From the NCBI GenBank assembly GCA_002104905.1, contig MCFE01000694.1, positions 1 through 44,456 on the forward strand: a stretch of 44,456 nucleotides of DNA, read 5' to 3'. A model generated the notes under the pieces. It ran no database searches and was not told the DNA's origin. It worked only from the letters and a program-made list of their open reading frames with translations. This DNA is from Basidiobolus meristosporus CBS 931.73. Its lineage: Eukaryota > Fungi > Basidiobolomycota. The position numbers and the translations under genes are program-made. Shown in pieces: positions 11,840-23,838 of this stretch (positions within the stretch are counted from its first letter, which is position 1; the number at the start of each line of letters is the position of its first letter).

Positions 11840-13632
11840 ATGGAGCCTAGTCAAGATTACGTCAAGTTCGAAGAAATCCCTCAAGTAACCTACATTTTGT
11901 TGGAGGAATTGGCTCCCGCTACGAAAGTGTATTGACCTCTTTTACCTTAGGCTGTGCAGGGACTTAGGGAGGTGTATCGCTCTGGTCTGACCAGGTCTTT
12001 GGCCTTTCGTAAGAAGCAGTTGAGGTCTCTCTACGACATGCTGGAGGAGAACCTGACTCTCTTTGACGAAGCCTTGATGAAGGATCTTGGCAAACCACAG
12101 GGTGAATCCCGGTTTTGCGAGCTTCACTACTCCACGAATGACATCATTGAGATACACGACAACTTTGAGAGTTGGGCCAAGCCAGATAGCGCTGCTCTGC
12201 CTCTGTTTGCCAAACTCGATAGCCGCGGAGAAATCCGCAAAGAGCCGCTTGGAGTGGTGTTAATCATTGGTGCCTGGAATTACCCTATCACGCTCACACT
12301 TGGGCCCTTGGCCGGGGCCATCGGGGCCGGTAACACAGTGGTTCTCAAGCCTTCGGAGGTTTCTGGCCACACCGCCAAATTACTGGCCGAGTTGATCCCC
12401 AAATACCTGGATCCTCGTGCGTACCGTGTGCTCAACGGTGCTGTGGAGGAAACCACGGCCATCTTGAAACAAAAATTCGATCATATCTTCTACACCGGCA
12501 ACGGTTTGGTTGGCAGACATATCATGGCTGCTGCAGCAAAGCATCTCACCCCGGTCACCCTGGAGCTTGGTGGCAAAAGTCCGGTCGTAATTTGCCAAGG
12601 CGTGGACATGTGGGCGACCTGTAGACGTATTGCTTGGGGGAAGTTTGTGAACTCCGGGCAGACCTGCATTGCCCCCGACTACATCCTGATCGAGAAGTCG
12701 ATGGAGAGCAAATTCATCGAGGAGATGGCCAACACCATCAAGACCTTCTTTGGTGAGAACGTCGAGGAATCCCCGGACTTCGGTCGCATAGTCAACGAGA
12801 GACACTTCGATAGACTCGACGGCCTGCTTAAGAACGGTCACTCCGGAAAGGTGGCGCTTGGTGGCCACTCCAACCGGGAAAAGAAATACATTGCACCCAC
12901 CCTCATTCAAGGTGTCCAGCTGGAGGACAAGATCATGCAAGAAGAGATCTTCGGGCCCATTCTTCCCATCCTCACCGTCGACAACATCCAGGAGGCCATC
13001 GATATCATCAACTCCAAGTAGGTCATCGTAGTGCAAAGCATGGACCCTCGGCTGTTCGCTGATCTTTCTTCACCCAGGGATCATCCTTTGACCATGTATA
13101 TCTTCACCCCAGACAAGAAACAAGCCCAAACAAGTAAGTGAATCGGATTCCTGGTTGTGAGCTGGGACTCTGTGGGGTAACACCATTCTGCAGTTCTAGA
13201 TAACACCCAATCAGGCGGTGCTTGTGTGAACGACACTTTGATGCAGATGGCCAGTAAGTATTGGTTTCCACGATGCACCTGTGTACATAATGCTGATGCA
13301 AGGCATCTTTGCTAGTTTCAACCCTTCCATTTGGTGGGGTTGGTGGCTCCGGTATGGGGTCATACCACGGCAAGAAGTCGTTTGACACCTTCAGCCACCA
13401 CCGATCCACGCTGATCCGGAAACTTCAGTTCGACCAGGTCAACGACATCCGCTATCCCCCTTACAACGAAACCAAGTACAAACTTGGGCTCAGCTTTATC
13501 TTCAGCTCACCCAGCTGGAAGCGCAAGTTCAAGCTCAGCTCAATCTTTTACACAGTCGTCGCAGCCTTGGGCATTGCCGCCTTCTTTCGCAAGGACGGAA
13601 TCAGCTCGATTCGCCAAAAGCTGGGACAGTAA
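11840..13632 (+). CDS. HFD1: Fatty aldehyde dehydrogenase (ALDH3/Hfd1-like) with C-terminal membrane anchor, 5 exons
   Basis: Motifs [44 protein letters not shown] and [16 protein letters not shown]. Hydrophobic C-terminus [15 protein letters not shown]. Confidence 0.92.
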
Positions 13633-13862
13633 CCCACTTCCCCCTCCCCACCCCCACAATTAATCCGAATGCCATGACATACCATGAAATAAACTTTCGT
13701 TAACCATAAGCCCGGGCTACAAAAACGATTCTCAGTGAAATCCATTTATTCCCCTCGCGACTGAAAGGGAGAAATAGACAGTAGAGTTGCGGACAGGATG
13801 AAATACAAGAAGAATGCTGGGATTTTATATGAGGCATGAACAGAAAACATGGGGAATTCTCT

Positions 13863-14315
13863 CTAAGTCTTGTCAGGTCTGGCAACAACATCCTCCAGTT
13901 TACTGCCTAATTTGATGAAGGTGTGTCGGATCACTCTGGGGTCCACTCTTAATTTGGCGTCCATGGTGGTGAGAGTATTTGGGTTGGCGTCGAAATGCAT
14001 CAACCAGTACCTAAAGAAAAATTCCCATCAACATGAGGCGCACAGAATGTGGTGTGGAATAGGACTAACCTGCCCTCGCTGTGGTAGGTTTGGTGACGCT
14101 TCATACGGTAAGGGAGCGCTTGCTCACCCATGTTCTCGAAGCCACGGACAACACCACCACGCTCCATTACCTGCGTGGCGGTCTTGCGGAGAAGATCAGC
14201 AAGATTGGGCTGGAAACAGGGAAGTGTGAGTGAAGAGTCGAACAGACAGCCATGGACTGGAATCTACCTCGGACAGACGGGCTCTGGAAATGCAAACTAA
14301 CTCGTAAAAAGGCAT
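13863..14315 (-). CDS. MRP17: Mitochondrial ribosomal protein S6 (bS6m), 111 aa, 3 exons; absent from the ORF track
   Basis: Exons 14315-14268, 14209-14070 and 14010-13863 splice to MPFYELVCISR...GGVVRGFENMGEQALPYRMKRHQ...YWLMHFDANP...DPRVIRHTFIK. Confidence 0.9.
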
Positions 14316-14773
14316 GTTTCAGGAGAGCAAACAAGAGAGGACAGTGCTTGAGCGGAATAGAAAACCCACCAAATAAAGCGTGATTTGGTATGATCAAGAG
14401 AGCTTCAATCCATTCCCTGCAAGGCTCGAAATTTTCAGGTTTCATCAAAATTTTACATGGGGGATTTTGGGGTACAGTGGCGAACCATTTGGCTCCCGGT
14501 TAATCACCAAGATAACCAGATTGGTGCAGCTGAGATAAGATCACCGAATCGAGTCAAAACTCAGTCTTTATTACTATGTAGCTTTCATGGATCGTTGGTA
14601 GCAGTCATGTTGGATAACAAGGCGCGAGTGGGTTGACCAGAATTAGTTTGGAAGAGTCATGAGAAGACCAACAAAAGATGCACATGAACAGGGTGGGTGA
14701 GATGGAGAAAAATATTCGACTTTTTGCATGGGAAAATATCATGAAGATTTATATAGGTATTGGGGTGAGCTGA

Positions 14774-15930
14774 CTATGGGTTGGACAGCAACCATTCTAC
14801 GGCACTGTTGACGTTCCCTCCGGTGGCAAGTAGGGCGCGAATGTTTTTGGAAGCATCCCAGAAGCCCATCTCGTTGAGTTGCTGAAGTTGCACTTGGAAG
14901 CGTTCCTCAGGTGGCTGTTGGTTTTGCTGTTGAGCCGCGGGGGATGCCATACCGCCCATCATCTGCTGAAGCATAGAAAGGGTAGCTGCGGGATCTGCTC
15001 CGAATGGAGAGGCTGCGGCCCCTGGGTTGTACATAGCAAATGGGTTGGCGGCTCCGGTGTTGGGCGAGGTGGGGTTGGGTGTGGTGTTAGAGTCGGCTCC
15101 GCTTCTTGGAGCTTCGGGGGTTGTGGCACCGGTAGTAGGGGCGCCGCCGAATCCGCCGAAGTTGTTCATTCCGCCAAAACCACCTCCCATACCACCAAAG
15201 GCTTGGGTCATCTGGAACATGTTGCGTAGCATGTTGGGATCGCTCAGCATTTGTCTGAATTGTGGGGTGTTGATCATGTTTCTCATTTCCGGAGGAAGGT
15301 TCTGGAATTGTGGGCTGTTGGACAGCATGTGCTCAACAAACTGGGGGTTTTGGAAAAGGGTAGACATGGAGTTCATCACCTCGGGGTTGCTGAAAAGGGC
15401 ATTCATCATGGAGGGGTCCATAGGCGGCATTCCACCAGCGCCAAAACCACCACCCATGCCACCGAAACCACCGAAAGGATCCGCACCAGCACCAGCGCCA
15501 CCGAACATATTCCCGAAGGCAGCCATAGGGTTCGCATTTTGCTGTGTGTTTGGTTGGCTTTCCGGGGTGGCGGCAGGAGTAGTTGGTTGTTGCTCCGCAG
15601 CAGGCTGAGCTGCAGCTCTAGGGGCTATGAAGGAAATAACAGTTCAGTATACTCTCTTTCGTGGAATTCAACGATATATAATCACCTTGCTGGCCGGGAG
15701 CGGCACCACGGACCATGTGAATGGTGTTGCCATCGGCAATCTTGTAGCTCTCTACCGTATCGGCATCCTTGCAGCACTCTACCGGAGAAGATGAGACGCT
15801 GACGCTCGGCAGGAGTATCGGATTTCTCAGCGATCGCTTCTTTCAGTTCCAATACGGTTTTTTCGGTATCGATGACCACGGAGTACTTGGTCTCGTTAGA
15901 ACACTTGATATTAATAGTGATTTCGGGCAT
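14774..15930 (-). CDS. DSK2: Ubiquilin (UBL-STI1-UBA); one extra base at 15771-15772 breaks the UBL frame
   Basis: UBL motif QRLIFSGRVL(K)DADTVESYKIADGNTIHMV is restored by removing one nucleotide. Met/Asn/Pro-rich STI1 repeats. UBA motif PPEERFQVQLQQLNEMGF...ALLATGGNVNSAVEWLL. One intron near 15622-15681. Confidence 0.92.
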
Positions 15931-16287
15931 TGGAGAAGAAGAGAGGAAAGGGAAGATACTGCAGTTGTATCGAGTAGTAGAGTTAAAAGTGTGTGGAAAT
16001 GGCAATGGTAAAATTAGGGGAATGTAACCAGACTTGGTGGATTGCCTACGGGTATGTATCAGATTGGCTATTGATGATAAAATAAATTCACTAATCACTC
16101 CTTAAATCTAGAACTTTCTTATTGGCTTTCGCCACTGAGTGACGCGGAAGGATTTCGCTCAAACAAGGCAGCCAATCACTGACGCTCTTCCTTGCACAGA
16201 GAGAATAGTTTTGATGTAGTTTATATTAACAATGATTGACTCAAAGAATGGGAAAGCACAACGAAGAGAGAGATGCAGTGGAAAGAC

Positions 16288-17469
16288 TTAGTTGGTGTAG
16301 TATTGCTCCCAGATGGATTTTGCGAACTGGACCAGATTGGTGTGCTGTTGGACGATCTGGCGTAGCTCCGAGTTGGGAAGGGCGGCTGCAAGAATGGTGT
16401 GTAGATATGCGAACACCACTGCATCCAGATATCCCGCACTCTCCCTGTGATTGGGAATAGGTTAACCGTGGCTTGGGCCAAGAGATCGTTGGAGTACTTA
16501 CCCAGAGAAATACTTGGCTTCACCAAGTCGGCTGGACAGCGCCTGAAGCGCTTGGGAGGCCTCGTTATAGATCTAATGGACACCGATTAGATACGCGCGT
16601 ATGCTGCTGGCTGTAAAAGTATTCGACAAACCTCTTCCTTCAGCAAGACGGGCTTCTTGGATAGCAGGAAATCGATCACTTTGGAGCGCATCTGGTGGCC
16701 GATAAGCTTATCCAGAGGCCAGATGTAGGGCTTGGTGTACTTATCTGCCGTTTGCTCCGAGTAGTTGGACGCTTCGCACCAGAAGTAGAAGAGCTAGAAA
16801 AGCATGAGTACATCACACGGAACAATCAACACGGTTGAGGGTGGAGCTTACAGTAGCCACTTTGATGTTGGTCTCAACGAGAGAGACAAAGGCTTGTCAT
16901 CGCCACTTACTAGCTCCTCCCCTTCGGCCTCGGATTTCTCGAGACCCTGCAACAGGTTAATGAGTCAGACACAGCATATCAAAACAACTTGGTGATAATG
17001 CGTATCTACCTGTCCTTTCACGTATTTCAAAATCTTCTCGCCGGTCAAACATTGCTTCTCGACAGTTACCAGATAAGGTAGTTGCTCTTGAATGGATACA
17101 CGCACTTTAGCGATGCTGGTTATTTAAGCTCGAGCAGAAAAACAAACAAACCATCGGGCGATTGAGAAGGCTCGTTGGAATAGACAACATCGTAATCAAC
17201 AGCCGATATGTTTAGGAATGTCTAAGGAGGTGTGAGAATTTGGAAGTTTGGCCGGGTTACATAAAGGAACCACCATATACCTGCCATTTCAAGCATTCGG
17301 GGTCGAACGAGGTTGGCTGGTTCTTCCAGCCTGGGCCATAGATAACTAGGCTGGGCTTGGATAGGTCGGCGGGAGTGAACACCGAAGGGTGGACGTAAAC
17401 AGGAAATTGGTCGAGACGCAATTGTTTAGCAAGCTCGGCAGCTTTTCTTGAGAAGGCAGTGGAATTCAT
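16288..17469 (-). CDS. Metaxin/Sam35 (Tob38)-like outer mitochondrial membrane SAM-complex subunit, 7 exons
   Basis: Motifs SFDPECLKWQ, SPDEQLPYL, LFYFWCEASNY, LQALSSRLGEAKYF and LDAVVFAYLHTIL. Exon 4 (16946-16852) is 95 nt, one base short of frame, unless the GTAAGT donor at 16910 is used. Confidence 0.8.
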
Positions 17470-17788
17470 GCTAATAAAACCGTATTCAACCTGTAGCGCG
17501 GCTTAACCAAGCCTTCTACTATCTGGACCATGTTGCTTTTCATACTTTGCAAAATGCTCCACCAAAAAAGATTTTTGGGGCACATAAACACATGATTAGT
17601 TTCCGAAATTCTGCATAGGATTTGACCTAATGGCCTAACCCAACTCCCTAACCCAACTCCCAAATCGTTTTGGTGTATTTATCATATGCAAGCTTTATTT
17701 GAGGAATGCCATGGAACATTGTGTAAAAGTGCTACTGTGAAGCTCCGTGTTGAATGGTAAGCTTCTGGTAGCTTTGTGGGGCGGCGGG

Positions 17789-18062
17789 TTATTTCGAGCC
17801 GGAGTCTTTTCTAGCCTCAGCCAGCATCTCGTCAATCCCCTTTTCCTTTATTACTTTCTATAAGGAGGTGTTGTTAGTAGCTGAATGCGAGCGTTTCAAA
17901 GAAGTCCCTTACCATGACACACGCTTTGTATTCTGTGAATATCTCCTCGCACTTGGGATCTGGCTTGGTTTCACCTTTCAAGAACTTCTCGGAATACCAC
18001 TTGTTAAAGCAGGTATCATAGGTGTGCTTCAGCTCTGTACAGTCTTTGCCAATGCTCTCCAT
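17789..18062 (-). CDS. MDM35: Mdm35/TRIAP1 twin-Cx9C intermembrane-space protein, 72 aa, 2 exons
   Basis: DCTELKHTYDTCFNKWYSEKFLKG...CEEIFTEYKACV. Intron 17912-17858. Confidence 0.93.
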
Positions 18063-18256
18063 ATTTTCAACAAAACGCAATGTGAGGTTTCTGAAATTTA
18101 TCACTTCACCCCCACAATACGATTGAGTGAAATTCCGGAATCCCGAGTCCAATCATTCTAGAATTAGATGTACTAAGAGCTCAATGGACCCCATGTAAAC
18201 CGCCAAAGCACTGCGGTCGTCCATAATACACATTACAAACTTGACAACACCCCCAA

Positions 18257-18373
18257 GGCTCATTGGGTACTAAGGTTGGATAGTATGGCTCATTGGGCAC
18301 TAAGGTTGGATAGTATGGCTCATTGGGCACTAAGGTTGGATAATATGGTTCATTGGGTACTAAGGTTGGGTAT
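18257..18373. repeat. 30-bp tandem repeat, about 3.9 copies
   Basis: Unit GGCTCATTGGGYACTAAGGTTGGATAGTAT starts at 18257, 18287, 18317 and 18347. No spacers. Confidence 0.95.
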
Positions 18374-18467
18374 TGAGGATATATTCAAATAGTTATGAAG
18401 GCCGCAGCAAGAGTGAGCAGAGCAGAGTGGGTGTATTAGGGAATTATTAGAGGCAGAGTAAGGTCAT

Positions 18468-20130
18468 TTACGGGTTCAGATTGTGCAAGCGCTCCACCAA
18501 ATCTCCAATGCGCATATCTATGGTCTCAATATTCCGCTGTAGGGTGATTGTGTTTTCGTCGAGACTCGCTTGCAGCTATACGCAAGAGTTAGTCCTAAAG
18601 CGCGGGTTGCGACAGCAAAAGAGAAAGACTCACATTTTTGAAAATCTCCGACAGTCCGGATTCTTCTTCTTCGATCTTCTTTTGCTCTTGCGACATCGAG
18701 CGTATCGATTCAGCAACATGGTTAACCTCAAGATGTAGGCTTTGCAAACTGCTGAGGCGGGTGAGCAGCGACGGGGTTAAGGTGACAAGAGGGTCGATCT
18801 TCTGGACAACTTGGTGAAGACGCTCGAGCTGAGAGGGTGAGTAGGTTAGCTGGCGCCGCTGTATCGAGTATATCCATGGGTCTACCTACCCTACTCTCCG
18901 AATCTTTGTTAACCACGCAGTACTCTGGATCTTTCTTTTGAATCTCGGCAAGACGCTGAAGCTCACTTTGTACTGTTTTGACTCGACGCTCCACAAGATC
19001 TAACTGAGGCCCGTCGGTGAACAGATTAAGCTGCTTTCTAAGTTGCGCAACCATTGCAACCAAATCTTGGCTAGATTCACTCTGGGTTCCCAGCAATCGT
19101 AGATGAGTAAATGGGATCTTTGGTCATGAGTCAGATATGCCCACCTCTAAACCCTGCGTCCCCACGAGTCGCTCCAAAGCTTTCAGACGTGGCTCTAATT
19201 CGATAGCATTCATCGTGTCAACGTGCTCGTCAGGTTTCCGGGTTTCCTGGTGACTACGTGATTAATGTTGGAAGAGATGCTAAATGCGTGCAGCAATTGT
19301 TTACTTCAGCCTCCTGATTCAGATCCTTTTCAAGCGTGAAGGAATCCATCTTGTCGTACAACAAACCAGCTTCTGGATTCAATGTATGCTTATCCAAACC
19401 CTGGCCAATTCGGCCAAGACCACTCTTCAGGAGTTGAACTTGCTTGAGCAAAGAGGAATGAGACAAGCCATTTCCCTTATCCATGTTTTCTTCCTAGAGG
19501 TCTCTATTAGCCGACTTCTACTTAACATCCATATTGCCAAAGCACACAAGAACCTTTGTGATGTCTTCCCCAAGCTCTTGCACCTCGAACATCAGGCGGC
19601 GTAGTTTTTGTCTAGGCGTTTCTGTTTCTATCTCCGACTCAACTTCCTCTCGATTCAGGAGAGTACTACGAACATATGCCTTATACATGGCACGGCGGTG
19701 CCGCATGACGGACTGCTTGGTATCTTATGCCAACGGAACATAAATTCGGATAAATAAGGAACTGCACAAACGTGGCTGGGAGCCAAGGCTGCTTACCTTC
19801 ATCTTCAGAGCTAGGTTTGAATTTGGCAGCAGCTTCAGTAAGGGTTATGGAGCTTTTGATGATGTCCTCATTTTCAGCTTCGTATTCCTCGTCCTGTCGA
19901 ATGAAACGTAGTGGTAAATATACACAACTATCATTTGCGATCAAATCCACTGTGTACCGTCTCTTCAGCATTCGTTTCTGTCGTGACTGAGATCGTGTTG
20001 GGAGTTTCATAGACCTCTGGTTCAGTGTCCTATCCGATTGATATTTAGTGAGTTTGTGTGTATAAATCCAGGCATAAATGAGGTATCCTAGTACAATGTC
20101 TGGTAGATTGGAGTATTTTGAAGGGGCCAT
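18468..20130 (-). CDS. DCTN2: Dynactin subunit 2 (dynamitin/p50), multi-exon
   Basis: N-terminus MAPSKYSNLPDI|DTEPEVYET. Motifs ETPRQKLRRLMFEVQEL, ELEPRLKALERLVG and TPSLLTRLSSLQSLH. All introns can be placed with the frame intact. Stop at 18470-18468. Confidence 0.88.
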
Positions 20131-20375
20131 CTGATAAAACGGACTTTGTGGCTGCAAGCCTTGCAAGTTGCTTATGATGCTACAATCACTCTGGGATTGC
20201 CGTTAATCGAATCAGATTATAGCATGATTAGTGAATCGTTATTTATCCCCTACATTTGACGTTTCCCATGATGATGGATTCTTTTGTTTAGAGTAAGCAA
20301 GAGTAAGCACTTAATCTGATCCAATTTTCAGATGTTTATCATTATTGATTTTGTCTACTTGTCAAACGGTGTACT

Positions 20376-22134
20376 ATGATCGCAGGTGTTCGAGAGGCAA
20401 AGACATTCCTGAGTTCGGTGTATCAACGCTCCGAAGACTCCTCGGGCAAAAAACCATACGTCACACTTTCCTATGCTCAGAGCTTGGATGGTAAGATTTC
20501 CGGCCCGGGTGGCAAGATGATTTCTCTGAATGGGAACGAATCAATGGCTATGGTCCACCGGTAAATGTGTGCTGCCTTCGCAATATTGGACAATACGACT
20601 AATCGCTCTCCCATAAAAGCCTACGTGTGATTAACGATGGTATTTTAATTGGCATTGGGGCGATGCTTCGAGAAGACCCACGCTTGACAGGTACTTTCTC
20701 TTTATCAGTCAGCATGCGAACCCTGAACCTAACAGAACAATGTAGCTCGAGTGGTGGAGCCTGGCGAGATCCCAGATCAGCCACAGCCTATTATTCTTGA
20801 TTCCAACCTTCGGTTTCCTTTGAAATCAAACCTGATCTTGAGTGCCTCCCAAGGTGGCGGAAAGTATCCCTGGGTATTCTGCGGTCCTGATCATTCCCCT
20901 CAACGTCGACAGGTATTTCTCCATAGCCATTGTCCATGACGAGCAAACTCCGCTAACGTTAAGAAGGCGCTTGAGGCGGCTGGGGTTCAGGTTTTTGTTG
21001 TTTCGAAGCAAGGCGATAAATTATCTATTCGCGAAGTTCTTAAAAAGACCGAGGAATTGGGCATTCGTAAACTCATGGTTGAAGGCGGCACAAATGTCAC
21101 GCGGGAATTCTTGACGTCTGGATATGTGGACCTTTGTGTGATTACCTTAGCACCCATGTATATCGGCGGGACCGGCATATCATTAATTGAAAACGGAGAT
21201 GTATGTAATTGGATTCGATCAGGGCTAGCAGCTTATGTAAATTAACTCTATTCTTTTGGATACTTGATGTTAGCATCGGCCTGCATCAAAGCTAAGCGAC
21301 GTAAGGTATCACCAGTTTGGTGCAGACATGGTCGTTACCGGATATGCCTCGCCCATTGCCCAAGGAGGACCTCAAAACCAACCAGCCACCTATCCACATC
21401 ACAGCACCCCTCCACCTTACCAACAACCAAATGGCGGGGGAATTTATCCTCCGAATCCTAGCCCTGGCTATCCGCCTACACCATTGAATAGTGGAAATTC
21501 ACAGCAAGGCCGCCACTCCGAAACCGGACCACCACTTCCTCCACGAAATAACACCAGTTCTCAACAGGGATATCCTCCGAAGAGCACCACCCCTGTGCAC
21601 CAGAGCTCGGGATATCCACCACAAGCTGCCTCAGGCTATCCACCACGCCCTGTTGGCTATTCACCCCAAGCTACTTCTGGTTATCCACCAGCTACCCCTG
21701 GATATCCACCACGGCCAACCTCTGGATATCCACCACAACCTACTTCAGGATATCCACCGCAGGCTTCTTCAGGATATCCACCACAGACCTCTTCAGGATA
21801 TCCACCACAAGCTACTTCAGGATATCCACCACAAGGTAGTTCAGGTTATCCACCCTATGTTACAACAGGCTATTCGCCACACGCCAATGTAGGTTATCCA
21901 CCTCAGGCTGCCTCGGGCTATCCACCACCAGTAAACGCGGGCTACCCACCCCACACTACCACAGGTTATCCATCACGCCAATCTACAGGCTATCCCTCAA
22001 AGCCAACGCAGGATCCTTATCCTCCTGTACATCCACCACCCAAGACAGACTCATCAAACCAAAACAGTGGAAACAAACAGAGCGGGTACCCATCCTCGAA
22101 CAACCCTCCCCAAGAAGCCACCACCACAAAGTAA
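20376..22134 (+). CDS. RIB7: Rib7-type pyrimidine reductase (RibD C-terminal fold) fused to a ~260-aa S/G/Y/P/Q repeat tail (506 aa, 5 exons)
   Basis: Exons 20376-20560, 20620-20690, 20746-20912, 20964-21200 and 21274-22134 total 1521 nt. Motifs PYVTLSYAQSLDG, DGILIGIG..L..DPRLT, LMVEGG and YHQFGADMVV run in frame into the repeat tail. Confidence 0.85.
21604..21996 (+). repeat. Imperfect 24-bp coding repeat (xxSGYPPQ octapeptide)
   Basis: Units such as TCAGGATATCCACCACAAGCTACT. The whole tail has 15 GYPP, 2 GYSP and 3 GYPS motifs. Confidence 0.9.
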
Positions 22135-22502
22135 AGCAATGATGCCAAATAAACCATGTCAACAATCAATTCCATCCTAGTCAGTAACAAGAAATACTGG
22201 TTTCTCTTGCGGAAGACCATAGCGACAGATCCTGGCGGAAACAATCATTGTCACAACGCTTAATTACCGTGACATCATTCCAGATCGATTCCATCCAACG
22301 AAAAATGCGCAGAGTTGATCCCAGACGGGATCCACCAATATGATCCTTTCTTGATTCTGTTCTCATTCCTAATCAGCTCCCTCAAGCCCCACCCCTATTC
22401 AATATTGAATTTAAAAATTCTGTCTATCGATCTTGTGGCTCTTCTCTTCTGTCCTCGCCCACATTGTCCTGATATATTCCTCTCTATTATACATATACTG
22501 AA

Positions 22503-23039
22503 ATGTCCACCCCTTCCCGTCGCCGTCTTATGAGAGATTTCAAACGCCTCCAGCAGGATCCCCCTGGTGGTGTGTTCGGAGCCCCTTGCTCTGACAACAT
22601 CATGATCTGGAACGCTGTGATCTTTGGCCCTGGTACGCTTCACTTTCAAATCAACTTTTAGTATATGCAGTCATCGCTAACCGGTATTTTAGTGGATACT
22701 CCTTTTGAAGATGGCACCTTTAAGCTTGTTCTTCAATTCGACGAAAGCTATCCCAACAAGCCCCCCGTCGTCAAATTCATCTCCACTATGTTCCATCCCA
22801 ACGTATATGCTAATGGAGAGCTGTGCTTGGATATCCTTCAAAACAGATGGAGTCCTACATACGACGTTTCGGCCATATTGACCTCTATTCAGAGCTTGTT
22901 CAACGATCCCAATCCCAATAGCCCGGCCAACGCTGAGGCCGCTCAGCTATACCGAGAGAACCGTAAAGAGTACATCCGTCGAGTTCGTGAGACGGTCGAA
23001 AAGTCTTGGGTCGAAGAGTCGCAGGCCTCCTCAAGTTGA
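22503..23039 (+). CDS. RAD6: E2 ubiquitin-conjugating enzyme Rad6/Ubc2, 2 exons
   Basis: [53 protein letters not shown] and [12 protein letters not shown]. Confidence 0.97.
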
Positions 23040-23838
23040 GCCTTCTAGAGCCCTCTCGAGGCGATATTCTTTTCAGCATCCCTTATCCCTTCGTCTTTCA
23101 GCTTGAATGTTATATGTCGCCTCGAGTCCACCCATTTCAGGTTCCACACTTTCCTTTCACTACTCCCCCCCTCCTCTCCTGTGCCACAAATATTTTTACT
23201 GCTTTCGACGAGGTTCAGCTCAACAGGCCCTGTCTTTGGTTTTCATGGTGGGTAAGAATCCTCTATTCTGCCTGTGTTGGTGCTCTACTTAACCAACCGG
23301 ATATTTACTTGAGTAGCTGCGTGGGTTCCGAACCACATTCTTTCCGATTGCGATGCCCTTGGAACAGCCCAACTTGCATGTGCTACTTCACTACTTAACC
23401 CACTCCTCGCACACAACAAAATCACCTGATTGTAGTCTAACCTCACCAAGATCCAATCTGGGCCTGTCCTGACGAACCCAAAGCAACTTGTATTTTAACA
23501 ATAAATAATCTAAAAACAAACATTCACTTTGACCTAGCACCCCTTTCCACATCCCCCGGGAATATAATTACACCGACCACGTGCAGCGCAGAGGTCGGCT
23601 CAGCAGCTCACATAAGCCGATCCTCAAGGGAATCCACATTCGAACTGATAAGCGCGATTTGGGAGAGCCGATGCGCTGGAAGATTCCACATGTTTACTTA
23701 ACCATTCTTGGCAGGCGCATACGATGGCTTCTAAATGGATCTTTATTTGTAATTACTTGGTTGGGTATTTGAGACTAAATATAATGGGGGGGAGATCAAT
23801 TATGTAACATATTGTTGATGTAAATATAGCAGAGGCGT

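Noticed and set aside
18257-18373. CRISPR-like reading of the 30-bp repeat
   Set aside because: Units are contiguous with no spacers, there are no cas genes, and the context is eukaryotic.
20268-20319. ATGATGA...CTGA box C/D snoRNA-like pair
   Set aside because: Only 52 nt, no clear terminal stem or recognisable rRNA guide, and it sits in a 245-bp divergent promoter.
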